DNA of 64,000 nucleotides, from NCBI GenBank assembly GCA_034780895.1, contig JAUZTB010000067.1, positions 3,252,985 through 3,316,984 of the forward strand, given 5' to 3'. A program made the translations under genes and the position numbers. Origin of the DNA: Rhynchobatus australiae (taxonomy: Eukaryota). The notes below the pieces were generated by a model. The model did not search any database. It was not told the origin of the DNA and saw only the letters and a program-made list of their open reading frames with translations. Shown piece after piece: positions 37,167 to 49,939 of this stretch (position 1 is its first letter; every line of letters starts with the position of its first letter).

Positions 37167-37594
37167 CTATATTGCAGCAATTACGAGCACGATGTCTCAG
37201 CAGCATTTATTCTCCTATTTACTCTGAGACCTGTCTGCATGAGCAACATCTCTGGGCAAATCCTTCCTGTTTCTGTATTTTGAGTTGTTGAACGCAGCAG
37301 AAGATAGCGTTGTGAGGTGCCATGTGGTCGGAGTAAAATCATAATGTTGCAGATAATTCTATTCACAAACGTCCTTTGTCGTTTCGTCTGGTTGGAAAAT
37401 ATAAAGTTATGTCCTATTTCAGCATCAAGGCTCGAGGGAAACAGATTAACTTTGCGAAAATAAATATTTAATACATTTAGAAGGTGGGGTCATGCAAACG
37501 TGTGCGGATGCGCTTCCAGAAAGAAAAACACTGATGATGACAAAGTTCATATGTTGTCGTCGCCTCTTCCTTTGCTGCCGCCGATCTGTCCATC

Positions 37595-37595
<1 letters not shown>

Positions 37596-37630
<35 letters not shown>
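37596..37630. repeat. (GCA)n microsatellite
   Basis: About 11 perfect GCA units. Confidence 0.97.
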
Positions 37631-37631
<1 letters not shown>

Positions 37632-37839
37632 CTGAGCTCATTTATTTTGGAACCTTTGGATGTAGTTTATCGTCATGAATTGACTCGTGTCCCAGGCGAG
37701 TGCTTTCCGCCGCGTCGACGTGTCGACGAGAAATGCTGGTCCCAACGACAATATCTCGGTCTGAGTTATCATCTTATATATGTTCCCCTGGAGCGTCAGA
37801 GACTGAGGTTCGGCGTGGTGGAAGAAAATGCAATAATGA

Positions 37840-38346
37840 TGAGGAAGGGAAGCTTTGAATAACTGTCACCATACTTATAGCTGATAGAAAAAAATACTTT
37901 GCATGCAGGAGCACGCATGTTGCTGACTCAATGATTAAGATGTTAATTAATTTGTCCGGAACCTTGGTTTCAGTCTCCTTATGCCAGACAATAGGAGCAC
38001 TGGGTGCAATAAACAACGAGTGGGAAGCTTGTCCTTAACAATGAGAGCTGATACCTGTCTTTGAATTTCTTAATTATAACTCAATTATGCTGGACAATAG
38101 GTGCGATATCTGTCTCGGGATCTCTGTGGCTTGACCGACACTCGCGGCTCCGCATGCATTATGTGTGCGTGACAACAGCTGTATGAATTTCCTTCTGCTC
38201 CTTTGTACGGAGAGACCTCGGGAACGAGTGCATAAGAGACCTTTCCTTGGCAGTGCACTACTCACCAACGCGTTTTATAGAATCGACCTCGCGGCACTGC
38301 GTTACTTCACAGCGTACAGAAGTGAGATCTTAATTCCGAGACGACA
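37840..38346 (+). repeat. 5' LTR
   Basis: TGAGGAAG...GAGACGACA (TG..CA); homologous to 44473-44816 and 51284-51788. Confidence 0.88.
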
Positions 38347-38349
38347 ATT

Positions 38350-38369
38350 TGGCGACCCAGTCAGGAGTC
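38350..38369 (+). promoter_or_regulatory. Primer-binding site, tRNA-Arg(ACG)-like
   Basis: TGGCGACCCAGTCAGGAGTC lies 3 nt after the LTR. It is 18/20 complementary to the vertebrate tRNA-Arg-ACG 3' end as remembered (GACTCCTGGCTGGCTCGCCA). Confidence 0.75.
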
Positions 38370-38848
38370 CATGAGGAGGTTTCGGAAGGGGCACGAGCCA
38401 TCGACGGGGATAACAAATACCTGAGACGGAAGAGCCCACAAGGGACGATTCACCTTGATCCCTTTCAGGGAGTCAGACACCTGATCGATCCCTTCGCTGT
38501 CGAATGTCCTCTAACGGAGTCCTCTCAATCCTGTCCGAGTGCCACAGGTAAGAGAGGTTCGGGTCCCCAGTTGAGTTAATTTCGTGTTCGGGGTTCGAGT
38601 CGACAGTGTCGTTAGTTTCGGGTTTGGGGTTCGAATACTTTGGTTTGGGTTTAAGTTTATGAATTTCAAGGTTTTGTGCTCGAAGTTCTGAGATCGGTTC
38701 TCAAGAGTACTACCAACCTGATTTAAACCGGTTCTCAAGAGGGGTAATCCCTCACGGGAAGGTCAGGAACTTGAGGTAGGTGAAGGAACGAGACCGATCT
38801 TCTAGATAATCGCAGCGATTTGCACCGTGCAATCGGGAAGAAAACAAA

Positions 38849-39200
38849 ATGGGACAAACTCTCGATAAGTCTGGGTCCAATACCCCACTATCTAAGTTAT
38901 ATAAAGGCGATCCGAAGAATGAGAGTAACTTTCGTAAATTATCAGCATGCCTCAATAAAAATGGAAATGAAATATGGCCATTGGGGGGAGCTTGGGATGC
39001 GAATAAATACCAAAGGGGATGTGGATGTGCAGAAAGGGCGATTTGGGAGCACAATGCGGGGGAAAAATGAAAAATATTAATGTCGACTTGGAGGAAAACG
39101 GCCGAAGGTCTAACAAAAAAATCGAAACAAAATAGTTGGGAAAGCAATGCACGCAGAAGGGGAATTAGTGTGTGTGAGGAAAATGGAAATCCTCAGAGTT
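38849..39200 (+). pseudogene. gag: ERV gag N-terminus (matrix)
   Basis: MGQTLDK myristoylation-type start and WPLGG matrix motif. The rest of gag and the protease are not visible. Confidence 0.75.
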
Positions 39201-39224
39201 GGGAAGTCCTGAAGTATCAATGCC

Positions 39225-39600
39225 TATTCCCCGTCCTTCTCCTGACAGGCACCCAGCTATCTGCCTCTTCCAGTTTAGGAGTGCCTGCCTTTCTATAAAC
39301 TCCTCGTAATTCCTTAGCGGACGAAGGTCATCCATCTGCAGCTCCAGTTCCCTCACGGGGTCTGTAAGGAAATGAAACCGGAGCTCCTCGTGGCGATGGA
39401 GGTTTCAAGGACACTGATTATCTCCAGAACTCCCACATCTCACAAGCTGAACACACCACTGGCCCAGGACGCATTCTCACTCCTCTGGCCAGAGACGTAT
39501 CTTCGCCTTTGCTCGCGAAGCCTTTTGAGCCAAAGCCACAGCTCCGCACTCTAACACTGGTCCACTCCAAAAATGGGTGCACCCAAAATTCCCGCTCCGC
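39225..39600 (-). mobile_element. CR1 ORF1 fragment inside the ERV
   Basis: VVCSACEMWEF and VRELELQMDDLRPLR..EEFIE, as at 5243-5540. Confidence 0.8.
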
Positions 39601-39739
39601 CTTCCAAGGGCGGCAATACACTTTTATTGATGCTGTTAATAAGCCAATCAACTGGTAGCAATTTGCAAATGTGCTTCGTTCAGATACTTGCAAGTTGAAA
39701 TTCACAAGCACACACCGAGACTCACTTCTTTTCAAAGGT

Positions 39740-40050
39740 CCCGCTCACTTACAGGGAGTAATAGGGAGAAGGTCAATATCCACAGGGAATCAGTGGAGAG
39801 GATCCCTATTTGAAGGAAGTCAGCTGGAGAGAGTTACTGTTTTCAAGGAGAGAAAGAAAGGGGAGTCACTATTTACAGGTCAGTGGGAAAGGGTTACTAC
39901 TTACAGGTGATCAGCAGGAGAGCGCAACTATTCACAGGGTCTGAGCGAGTGGGTTACTATTTGCAGGAGATCAGTGGGAGAGGGTGACAACAGAGAGAGC
40001 GGAAATGGACTAATATTTACAGGGGGCAGCGGGACAAGGATTCACCACAG
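39740..40050. repeat. Decayed tandem repeat of about 30 bp inside the ERV
   Basis: Recurring TATTT(A/G)CAGG..GTCAGTGGGAGAGGGTTAC-like units. Confidence 0.6.
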
Positions 40051-40069
40051 TGACCCGAGTCCAAATCCA

Positions 40070-43000
40070 TGTAAGACTGGGAGCACAACTGACTTCCATC
40101 CCACAGTACCCCCTTCAGAGAGAGTCAGTTGCGGAATAACCCATTCAACAGATTCATTCTGCAAACAGGACATCCTGATCCCTGCCAATCACCTTGCAAC
40201 ACCCCATTTTACCCGTCCCGCAACCCCGACGGACGGAATGGCGCCTCGTACAAGACCTTCGTAAGGCCAATGAGATAGGGAGCCACCACATCACATGGTC
40301 CCTAACCCGGCCACCATTCTCAGCAGCTTTCCTGCCGGCTCCTGTATTTTTACTATCGTGGACCTGCAGCGTGCTTTGTCTCCAATTCCCCTATCTCCCG
40401 ACTCGCTGTAGCTGTTTGCTTTCACCTTCCAAGGTCGGCAATACACTTGGACCCGCCTCCGGCAAGGTTTTATACACTCACCGACTATTCTCTCCCAAGT
40501 TTTGCATAAACATCGCTAATGGATGCAGCTTTCTGGAAAATCCACCGTTCTCCAGCATGTCGATGACCTTTTGGTTATTGGTTAGCCCCTCGGAGCCCGC
40601 CAACATCGACGACACCAATAATCTACTTAACGCTCTCCACTCTTGGGGATACGTATTACCGCCACAGAAAGTAAAACGAACTCAGCGTCAGGTGAAATTT
40701 GTGGGCACCCTCTTTAGTGCTACTGAGCGGCGGTTCACTCCTGATCGTATGTCATCCATCATTGCTACCCCACCGCCAGCTGCCCCGAAGGGTATGTGGG
40801 CATTGTTAGGTTCAGTGAAATTTTGCAGGCAGCAGCTACCTAAGGTGCCGCTCCTTTACTAAGTATCTCACACTCCTGACTTCAACCCAGTCGGTGAGAC
40901 CTTTTGAACTTACGGAGAAACAAAAAGAGGCCTTTGATAAGCTCAGACAGGGCCTTTCCTGCGTCCCGGCCCTGGGACGACTTCCATGTGACCTGCCATT
41001 TCAGCTCTTTGTGTATGTTCTGGAGGACCTCGCTACAGCCGTCCTTACTCAAACCCATGGGGATAGAAAAATCCCAGTGGTATTTTACGCCGACCCAGTT
41101 TCCAAGGGGCTGCCGCCATGCTCACAGATGCTTCCAGCCATCTATTCCAAGTAACAACAGCGTCCAATATAACCCTTCAACAGTCAGTAGTTGTTTATTC
41201 CTCCAATACCGTAACGGCATTCCCAACCTCTCATCAGACGCAACGCCTTTCCCAGGTCTGCTGAAACAGATATGATGTAGCGCTCCAGAATAAACCACCA
41301 AGGAGTGCACCATCACCTTTTATCTACTGCACCACCATTAACCCTGCCAACCTTTCTGGAGGCTCCACCGGAGGATCTTGCAGATCTACCACGTGACTAT
41401 TTAATGCTTAACCACTTTTTGACTACACCCGGTCCGGACCTTTCGGATAAGGTCTCCCGGTCAACAGACAAACTTTTGTGTCGACGGTAGTTCCTCCGTT
41501 TCCGAACAGGAAACCCGCCTTTGCAGCTATGCCAGAGTAAATGACTCCTATATTGTGAAGTCTGCATTTTGCAGCTCCCAGTCTTTGCCCTAAAACCAGA
41601 ACACGTTGCCCTTATCAGAGCTTGTATTTTAGCCAAGGACAGATTAGCTAATATCTTCTCTGATTCCCGCTATGCTTTTGGAATTGCCCATGATTTTGGC
41701 CAACTCTGGGCACAAAGGGGATTTTTAACCTCCACAGGTAGCTCAATACAGAATGCGACTTGTATTAAGAACGTCCTCCAGGCCGTCCTCCTCCATATCA
41801 AATTGGCCATCATTAAATTCTAGGCTCACATTTCAGACGCCTCCCCAGTAACACAGGGCAATGGCAGGCAGACGCAGAGGCTAGATTAGCAGCACACCTG
41901 GGGTCCAAAATCGTTTCGACAGCGGAAAAACAGGCAGTAGCTTTCAAGCCGAAGATAACAACGCAGGGCACCCCAGACATGATCCCTGCGCAGCACTTAC
42001 AGGGAGGGCCCCTGACACAGAAAAACAAATGTAGAAAGTGCACAGGTGTAAGCACTCTGTGATACACGGCCTCTGGATTATTCCAGTCGGTCAAGTGTGC
42101 AGACCTGATTCTTTGTTACCGATGCTTATTGACTGTCTACATTCTAACACCCAACATGGCAAAGAGGGAATGAGTAACATTTTACTCCGTACCTGGTGAC
42201 ACCCCAGATTGGAGGAAGCAGCACAAGTCAAAATATGATCGTGTTTGATTTGCCAACAAATCAATGCTGGGAAAAGGGCGGGGTGCATCCCAAGCAAAAC
42301 CCCCTTGTCAGGTTGGCCCTTTGAATACATACAACTCGACTTTATTGAATTACTGCGTGAACATTGTTATAAACACTGTCTCGTTATCGTTGATATTTTT
42401 AGTAGATGGATTGAAGCTTTTCAAACCAACTGCAATAAGGCCTCAACGGTGGTGAAGTTATTGCTAACAGAGGTTATACCAAGGTTTAGGTTACCCCGAC
42501 AGATAAGATCAGACAATGGTTCCCACTTCAGAGGGAAAACAAATAAGAAATATTGCGAGGCACTGCACATCGAACAGCAGTTGCACTGCACCTACCGACG
42601 TCAGACAGCGTGAATAGTAGAATGAGATAACGGCACCCTGAAGAATGAACTCACTAAATTAGTATCAGAGAGGTCTAAATTGGTTGAAGGTTCAGCCCTT
42701 AGCATTATACCACATGCGAATTACCCTCCACTCGGCCACCAGGGTATCGGCTGCCGAAATCGCCCATGGACCTCCGGGAAGCACCCCATGGACGCAGCTC
42801 CCACCCAGGTTGACCTTATTATCATGGGGCATGAACTACAAAGGTATTTCAGACGACTTACGTCCTCTCTAAAGTTTCTTCATTCACAGGTGGAGAGTGT
42901 CTTTAAACCACTGGAAGGACAGAATGCGGAACTGCCTGACCTGGTAATCGGAGATTCGGTACTGATACGGGATTGTGAGCGCCCTAATCTCGGACCTCGG

Positions 43001-43090
43001 TGGAATAGCCCCTTCCAGATACTGCTCCAAAATCCGAAAACTGTGAAAGTACAGGAACGCTGGATTCATCTGAGTGACTGGAAACGATGA
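40070..43090 (+). pseudogene. pol: ERV pol (RT, RNase H, integrase)
   Basis: PILPV..EWRLVQDLRKAN; FAFTFQGRQYTWTRL.QGF.HSP; QHVDD; IFSDSRYAFGIAHDFGQLWAQRGFLTS; PFEYIQLDFIEL; VDIFSRWIEAF; IRSDNGSHF; PRW..PFQILL; WIHLSDWKR. Confidence 0.95.
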
Positions 43091-43104
43091 CCACCGGAAG
43101 CAAG

Positions 43105-44446
43105 ATGATATTTCTTAGATTCGGACTTTTATCATTACTAGTACTCTTGCGTGGGCATTAGATGATAATTTGTATTACAAAGTACACATGGGAATCGCAC
43201 CGTCTGCTACCCCTTGGAAGAATGGTGAAAAGCTTTTTTGTAGCCACACCAAGCTGCAGCCCCAGGGCCCTCTTAAAGTATGAACATTCAAAAACAAATT
43301 CTATTGGGCAGATGGGAACTTACGGGAGGGTCCTGCCGGGTAAATGCTTGTTAATAATGGTAACAGCTCCTGTAGCACAACCACCCACAGTCCTACTTCC
43401 GCTGCTTCACCAGTAAAGGATGGGGTTGTGGACAGAGATCCTACAGCACACGATATCATGTGTCACCACTACCTGTACAGAGTTAAAATCTGGATTTAAG
43501 GGGGGATGGTTTAGGTGTGAGTGCGCTGCTGCTCGGTGTGTTACGTTCCTTGAAGGGGAACGATGGGTTTGTGGGGAGGGGAATGGGACCCATGTGAAAT
43601 TTTCTAATGTTTCTTCAGAATGGCTAACCAGGGAGAATTACCTTATCCACTGATGGGAGAGTATGGGAGAAATCTTGCTGGAATCTCTTGGTATTCTCAG
43701 ATTCCCAGTCCACAGGAATCGGGTAATGTAACCTATTACCTGGATAAGGAACGGTATGTGTTCCCCTTTAATGGTAATTACACTACCGACACCCCCACTC
43801 TACCAGCCTGGTTTGCAATGGGAACGATCGGGCCGGTCACGGTCCCCTGCTTCCAGAAGGCTCATGTCCGATGAAGACTTGTGATACGGTCAGTTAAGTG
43901 AGGAGTTCTGTGAAGATTGGAGGGATCTCTCTTATCGTCGTTGGGATATGGGTTCAAGAGTACTCTCTCTCTGGGGTTTCGGCAGCAACTATAACCGCAA
44001 AAACCGGAATTACCGGATTTGTGGACAGGCCGCGCTGGGTAACAGTACCCAGCTGGACTGGAGGCAGTGAACCGGGAACTGGCGAAGCTTCGACTTTATT
44101 CCTAGCAGAGCGGTATGCTGTGGACTTCCAGTTGTCTTAGCAAGGAGGAGTATTTGCCATACTAGGGTAAAACTGTGTCATCAATGTGAGAGATGAGAAC
44201 TACAACATTTCCCATGCCATTCATGACATTCAGAAGCAAGTAGATAGCTATAGGCAGCGACTTACAGGAGGGGCGGGTTGGTTGGGGTGGCTAGCAGGAG
44301 GATCGTGGACATCATATCTGCTGCATGGAACAGTGGGGTTAATCGTTATCATAATAGTATGCTGTGTGGTGCTGGCCGGTCTAAATACCAGTTACAACGT
44401 CCTTATTAATAAACTCTCGACACCTTCTCGGCGCCACTCTTGGTGA
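43105..44446 (+). pseudogene. env: ERV env (gamma-type TM subunit)
   Basis: Hydrophobic leader; immunosuppressive-domain-like LAERYAVDFQLS*QGGV.AILG*NC; WLGWLAGGSW followed by the TM segment GLIVIIIVCCVVL. Confidence 0.8.
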
Positions 44447-44459
44447 ATCATGTAATGAT

Positions 44460-44472
44460 AAAAAGGAGGGAA
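44460..44472 (+). promoter_or_regulatory. Polypurine tract
   Basis: AAAAAGGAGGGAA directly before the 3' LTR. Confidence 0.85.
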
Positions 44473-44816
44473 TGAGTAAGTAAACAGTTAAAAACTGTAA
44501 CCATACCTAGAGCTGATGGAAGAATCCCTCGCTTGCAAGAGCACACAAGCTGCTAAATCAGTGGATAAGTTGTTAATTGGTTTGTCTGGGACCTTGGTCA
44601 GTCCCGTTGTGCTGGACAATAAGAGTACTGGGTGCAATAGACTGGGCGCCGCATGCATTAAGTGTGCGTGATAATATCTGTATAAATTTCTGTCTGCTCC
44701 TTTGTACGGGGAGAACTCGGGACGAGACTGCTAATAAACGCGTTTTATTGAATCGACCTCGTGGCACTGTGTTACTTTACAGCGGTCAGAAGTGAGAACC
44801 TAGTTTCAAGACGACA
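44473..44816 (+). repeat. 3' LTR (internally deleted relative to the other two)
   Basis: TGAGTAAG...AAGACGACA; TATAAA near 44681 and AATAAA at 44733-44738. Confidence 0.9.
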
Positions 44817-45980
44817 GGAAGAGATGCAAATAAATGTTGAAAGAACTCGGGGTAATCCACGACGTGCATAAACATTAACCATTTTTTGTTATGAGGTAAA
44901 CCAGTGATTAATATAAATCTACCGTTCGGGTCTGAAATTGTTTCGTCGTGAACAAATGAAATCGAGGAGTCTATATAAATAGAGACTCTTTTCACCTTGG
45001 CTTGTGAAATCGACTGGAATTGTTGACCTTTCCAAGACTTAAAAAAAACGATGATTTTCCTCCTTCCTAATACGAGTCTCCTGACCAAAAATAATCTGAG
45101 CATTCAATCTGTGCAAAACGTTAAACATCTTATTCCGCTTAATCGGATGGTTTAAGCCCTTCGTATTCCAAGAGACAAAGTAAATAATATTATCCATTTT
45201 ACTGAAATAATGCATATGGTATGTAAAGGGTTAATCTGACTGCACTGGAGACTTTAATCATGAAGAGGGGAAAACGTTCAAAGGGGAGCTGGATGTTCCG
45301 ACAATACAGATATATTTGTTGTTTTATGAAAGCCCAGAAAGGTGAAACTAAACGAAAATTAGTCACACCCCCCCCATCAACCAAAGCATGAAAACTGGCC
45401 AATGGACATCCAGAAAGCAACCTACGAATTCCCTCGATCCCACCTCTCTTGATGGCAAATCTCCAAATTCAAAGGAATGCAAGACATCACAATCAGACCA
45501 ATTATCCGCATGTTTTTTTTTTCTCCGACTTCGACTTTCTAAATCAATAGTCTTTTGTCAGTACTGTTCCAGTGCTCGAGCAGTTGAGACTGAATTCTTT
45601 TTCCAAGGAGTCTAATCCATGATCTCTTTGCCAGTTTCCTCCATTTGAGACAATTGTTTCTGTTGCTCAGCGTTTTCCTGTTTAAGTGCCGTTAACCTCC
45701 CTTCGACCTCCTTTCACAACGCTTCCAAAGTAGAAAATCCTCGATCGTATTTTTCAGCTTTTCATCCAGGGGTTTGGCTTTTGCTTCCAAAGTGAGTTGA
45801 GGTTGCACTGCTGCATTCCCTCTGGTAGTCATTCCCAGCAATTAAAAATCAAAGCCCAAACATATAAAAATGTTATAAAAGTGTTACTAATGGTTTATCA
45901 TAGGCAGTGAAGAGGTAGTGGGAAGAATTAAAAGGGAGTGGAGCAGGCCAAAATGCGACTTACTCCATCTGGCGCCACAA
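44817..45980 (-). mobile_element. L1-clade LINE 5' part (5' UTR, partial ORF1, endonuclease start), cut by the LTR
   Basis: GGCGCCAGATGG leader; ORF1 IDLESRSRRK..RIIGL; ORF2 VSWNTKGLNHPIKR, QET and ISDPNGRFILITG. Confidence 0.85.
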
Positions 45981-46008
45981 AGAGAATCCTGATTTTTTTT
46001 TAAAGATA

Positions 46009-46093
46009 TAGTTGGTCCGGGATTTGAACCCTCACCTCCCGCACATCAGTCAAACAAATCCCCAAGCGAAAACCAGACCCCTGGAACAAAGCC
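46009..46093 (-). pseudogene. tRNA-Pro-like pseudogene (anticodon reads GGG) with a 16-nt insert at the canonical intron site
   Basis: GGCTTTGTTCCAGGGGTCTGGTTTTCGCTT-GGG-G-[ATTTGTTTGACTGATG]-TGCGGGAGGTGAGGGTTCAAATCCCGGAC aligns to vertebrate tRNA-Pro. The acceptor stem is damaged. Confidence 0.75.
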
Positions 46094-46879
46094 ATATTTA
46101 CCTGCCTGATTTTATGTCTCTCTCGAAGTTCAGGAAACACAGAATGATTCCAATGAAGCTCGGAGCTTCGATTGACATACCGTGAGAATGGGTTGACATT
46201 CCCGGCTATTGAACAGTAATTCAAACGGAAGGATGGACGGCACAACATGGTGGTCCGAAGGGCCTGCATTGTGCTGTATTATTCTATGTCTCTGAAGCAG
46301 GACCGAACATATAAAATTTCCCTTCCTGTGGTTGCATTGATCCAGTTGATAATGGGCTGAAATGAGAAAAGAAATTCGTGGGGTGATGTGGGGGAAGAGA
46401 AGAAATAAATTGTTTAGTCTTGGAAGGGAACCGAGTTGGAAAGAACCGGATTACAAACAAAGGGGACAGTCAATGATTCGAATGTTCAGCATTGAACGAA
46501 CCGCCTCAGAGCGCCGGTTCCGTTCTCTGAACATTGTGCGATGGTGAATGGTGACAAAATCTGCCGCGCCATTCAGTTGCAACACGGCTTCCAGTGTAAT
46601 TAAAGCAGCCCGGCAACAAGTAAATGAAGCATCCATGGAATTCCGAAACGTTGCCCTTTGCAGCGCAGGCATCAGCTTTTAATAGACGATCCAATCCCGG
46701 CGTCAAGTATTATCTTTGTGGAGTTTTGACTGTGACGGAGTGCGTTTTNNNNNNNNNNNNNNNNNNNNNNNNNNNNNNNNNNNNNNNNNNNNNNNNNNNN
46801 NNNNNNNNNNNNNNNNNNNNNNNNNNNNNNNNNNNNNNNNNNNNNNNNACAGAGAACTTAAGGGCGGCCTCCTCTTCAT

Positions 46880-47130
46880 CGTTGTGACCGGACGCTGATT
46901 CAGTTTTTGCTTCATCAACCACCTTTGCTCCGTCCGCCGCAAAAGCCGGGATCTAGCTGTGGCCAGCCACTCCAATTCTAAATCCCACTCCCAAACTGGC
47001 ATGTCATTCGACGACCTCACCAGCTGTCACGTTGAGGCCAGACGCAGGTTGGAGGAACAGCAACTCATATTCTGCCGTGGTTGTCTCGAACCTGACGGCT
47101 TCAATGCGGAATTCTCTAATTTCCCGCACC
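46880..47130 (+). mobile_element. Penelope-like element, GIY-YIG C-terminal remnant
   Basis: HLCSVRRK..DLAVASHSNS.SHS..MS...EARRRLEEQQLIFCRGCLEPDGFNAEFSNF. Confidence 0.8.
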
Positions 47131-47784
47131 ACTCCCACCTTCACTCTCCTCTTCCCCTTCCTGGAGGCTAAACCTGCTCTCCTTAACTGCAGAATTCGCC
47201 GCCAAACTCTCATCGGCATATCTCCTGCTCAGGGTCCCAACCTTCTGCCGAACTCGAATAAACTCTCCCTAGTAAATCCAGCAAATCTCCTGCCTCTGAT
47301 ATTGGACCCCTCCAGTTCAGTTGCGATCAGTCCCTCTTGTGTATAGCTGTGTATAATTTGTGTTTAATTTATGTTTGGTTTTTTTTCGAATACTGCTCAA
47401 ATAATCCAAAGCCTTGGGAATAGCTGGGTTGAAACCGCGGTTGGCATGGACCCGTTGGGCTGAAGGGCCTGTATCCAGTATTGATCTGTGGTCCTCTTGT
47501 CTCTGTGGTGTTGCTGTCAGTTTTTTTTATGGCACCTGTGCATTTATCTCCTTGCGCAAAGGATAATAAACTCGACGTCGACTTTTATACAGGTCACCTC
47601 GGTACCAGATCCCAATGATCCAGGAACCCGAATCCCTGCCCCCTGTACCAGCTCCTCAGCCACGCATTGATCTGGCCCATCTTTCTGTTTCTGTCCTCAT
47701 CGGCACGTGGCGCCGGAAGTTATCCAGACATCACCACCCGTGTGGTCCTGCTTTTTAACCTATTTCCTAATTTGTAATTGGTTT

Positions 47785-48260
47785 ATTATTGGTAATTGTT
47801 ATTGTCACATATTACGGGATGCAGTAAAATGCTGTACATTTGCATGCCATCCAGACCGATCATTCCATGCATAAGTTCATTGAGGGAGTGCAAAACGAAG
47901 AAACAAAAACAAGAACAGAATACAGAATGAAACGTTAGTCTTTCAAGGAAGGTGCAGTTCAGGCAGACAATAACGTGCAAGGGCCACGATGAGGTAGATT
48001 GTGAGATCAAGTGTTCATCTTTAACGAATGAGAAGTTCTTTCAAAACCTTATAAAAGCAAGGTAGAAGCTATCCTTGAGCCTGGCAGTGCGTGTTCTCAG
48101 GCGTTTTTTTATCTTCTGCCCGACGACAGTGGGGAAAGGGAGAATGACCGGAGTGGGTGGGGGTCATTGATCATATTGGCTGCTTCACAGAGGCAGAGGG
48201 AAGCTTAGACAGAGGCCGTGGAGGGAAGGCTGGTTTCCGTGACGTACTGAGCTGTGTTGT
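47785..48260 (-). mobile_element. Rex1/Babar-type LINE 3' end
   Basis: TAQYVTETSLPS motif and a 3' UTR matching 19500-19750. Confidence 0.75.
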
Positions 48261-48829
48261 GGCCTCGGAGAGAGGGGCGGGGAAACTGAAGGCAAAAGGG
48301 GACAAAACCCCACCGGAGAAGAGGGTCACAAACAACTGGAAAACTCGATGTTCTCACCACTCTGTTGCAGACGATCCAGTCGAACAACGTCTGTGGGGAG
48401 AGATACAGGGTCAAAAGCTCAGGTNNNNNNNNNNNNNNNNNNNNNNNNNNNNNNNNNNNNNNNNNNNNNNNNNNNNNNNNNNNNNNNNNNNNNNNNNNNN
48501 NNNNNNNNNNNNNNNNNNNNNNNNGGGCAGGGTGCAGGGGAAGGATGGTGTGACGGAGACGGCGAGGTGTTTAGGGCAGGGAGGGAGGGGGTCCCGGAGA
48601 CGGGGTGTGCGACCCGATGGGATTCGCACAGGACACCCAGACGTTGGACACCGGTACGGACGGTGGGATCTTGCTCCCAAGGTCTCCCTCTGACCAACAA
48701 CAGAAGGTGCTGAGCCCGGCGTTCCTGACCCGCTCTGGTTTATTTCGGCACCTCCGCGGTGGGACAGTTGTGTTTGGAATCTCCTGCTCTCCCAACACTC
48801 AGACTCCACGATTTTTCTGTCCTGCGAGC

Positions 48830-49740
48830 GCCCACCCTCACCTAAAGGGAGACCCATCACTCAATGGGAGACCTCACCCAACGGGAGACCCCTCACGGCG
48901 CACCCGATAGGACATCCTCACCCAACAGGAGTCTACTCACCTGACGAGAGACATTTCACTCCTCACCCAACGTGATTATCTTCCCTCCCCACCCAATAGG
49001 AGACCAAAACCAACGGGAGACCCCTGACCCCTCACCCAACGGGTGACCCTTTAACCCCTCACTCAACGCGAGATCCTCACCCAATGGGAGGTCATTCATG
49101 CAACGGGAGACCACACCTCACCCAATGTGAGACCTTTCCCCCTCACCCAACGGGAGTCCCGTCACCCCTTACCTAGTTGGAGACCCTCACCCAACGGGTG
49201 ACCCTTCACCCTTCACTCAACGGGAGACCCTGACCCAATGGGAGACCCTCACCCAACAGGAAACACGTCATCCCTCATCCAATGGGAGATCCTCACCCAA
49301 CGGGAGGCCCCTCACCCGTAACCCAACGTCGAGACCGCTCACCCCTCACCCAAAGGGGAGACCCTGACCCAACCGGAGACGGTGACCCAAAGGGAAACCC
49401 CTCACCTAACGGATACCCCTCATCCCTCATCCAACGGGAGACCCGCCACCCCTCATCCAATGGGAGACCCTCAACCAACGACAGACCCTCACGCAATGGG
49501 AGACACTTCATCCAACGGGAGGACCCTCACCCGTCACCCAACGGGAGACCCCTCACCCCTCACCCAACTGAAGACGCACTCCCAATGGGAGACCAGTCAT
49601 CCAATGGGAGACCCTCACCCAACTGGAGAATTCTCACCCATCAGGAGACCCCCTCACCCACTTGGAGACCGTTCACCCACCGAGGGACCCCTCACCCGAA
49701 AGGAGAGCCAACTGGGAGACCCCTAAACCAACTCTCACCG
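48830..49740. repeat. C-rich minisatellite (about 19-27 bp, CCCTCACCCAACGGGAGAC)
   Basis: Dozens of imperfect tandem units. Confidence 0.92.
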
Positions 49741-49939
49741 CGAGACACTCTTGCACATTGCCTCCATGGCCACTGGAGACGGCAGGGACCGGAATATCCC
49801 TCTTCCTCACCGTGCCCCTCTCCTCCGTCTCCACCAGAAAGACTCCCCTTCGGTTTAACCCCACCCAGGTGCTCGGCCCGATCCGTGGACAGCTCCACCC
49901 TCCCCTGCAGATTCGGGTGGGTCCACCAACGGCATCGTC

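Larger units (their letters stand above)
37840..44816 (+). mobile_element. Endogenous retrovirus, class I (gamma/epsilon-like), degraded
   Basis: LTR-PBS-gag-pol(RT, RNase H, IN)-env-PPT-LTR order, with many stops and frameshifts. Confidence 0.95.

Noticed and set aside
37500-37862. Poly-alanine protein ORF
   Set aside because: It is driven by a (GCA)n microsatellite, runs into the LTR and shows no recognisable homology.
46880-47130. The missing GIY-YIG exons of SLX1
   Set aside because: Wrong strand and position, and the motifs are those of Penelope elements.
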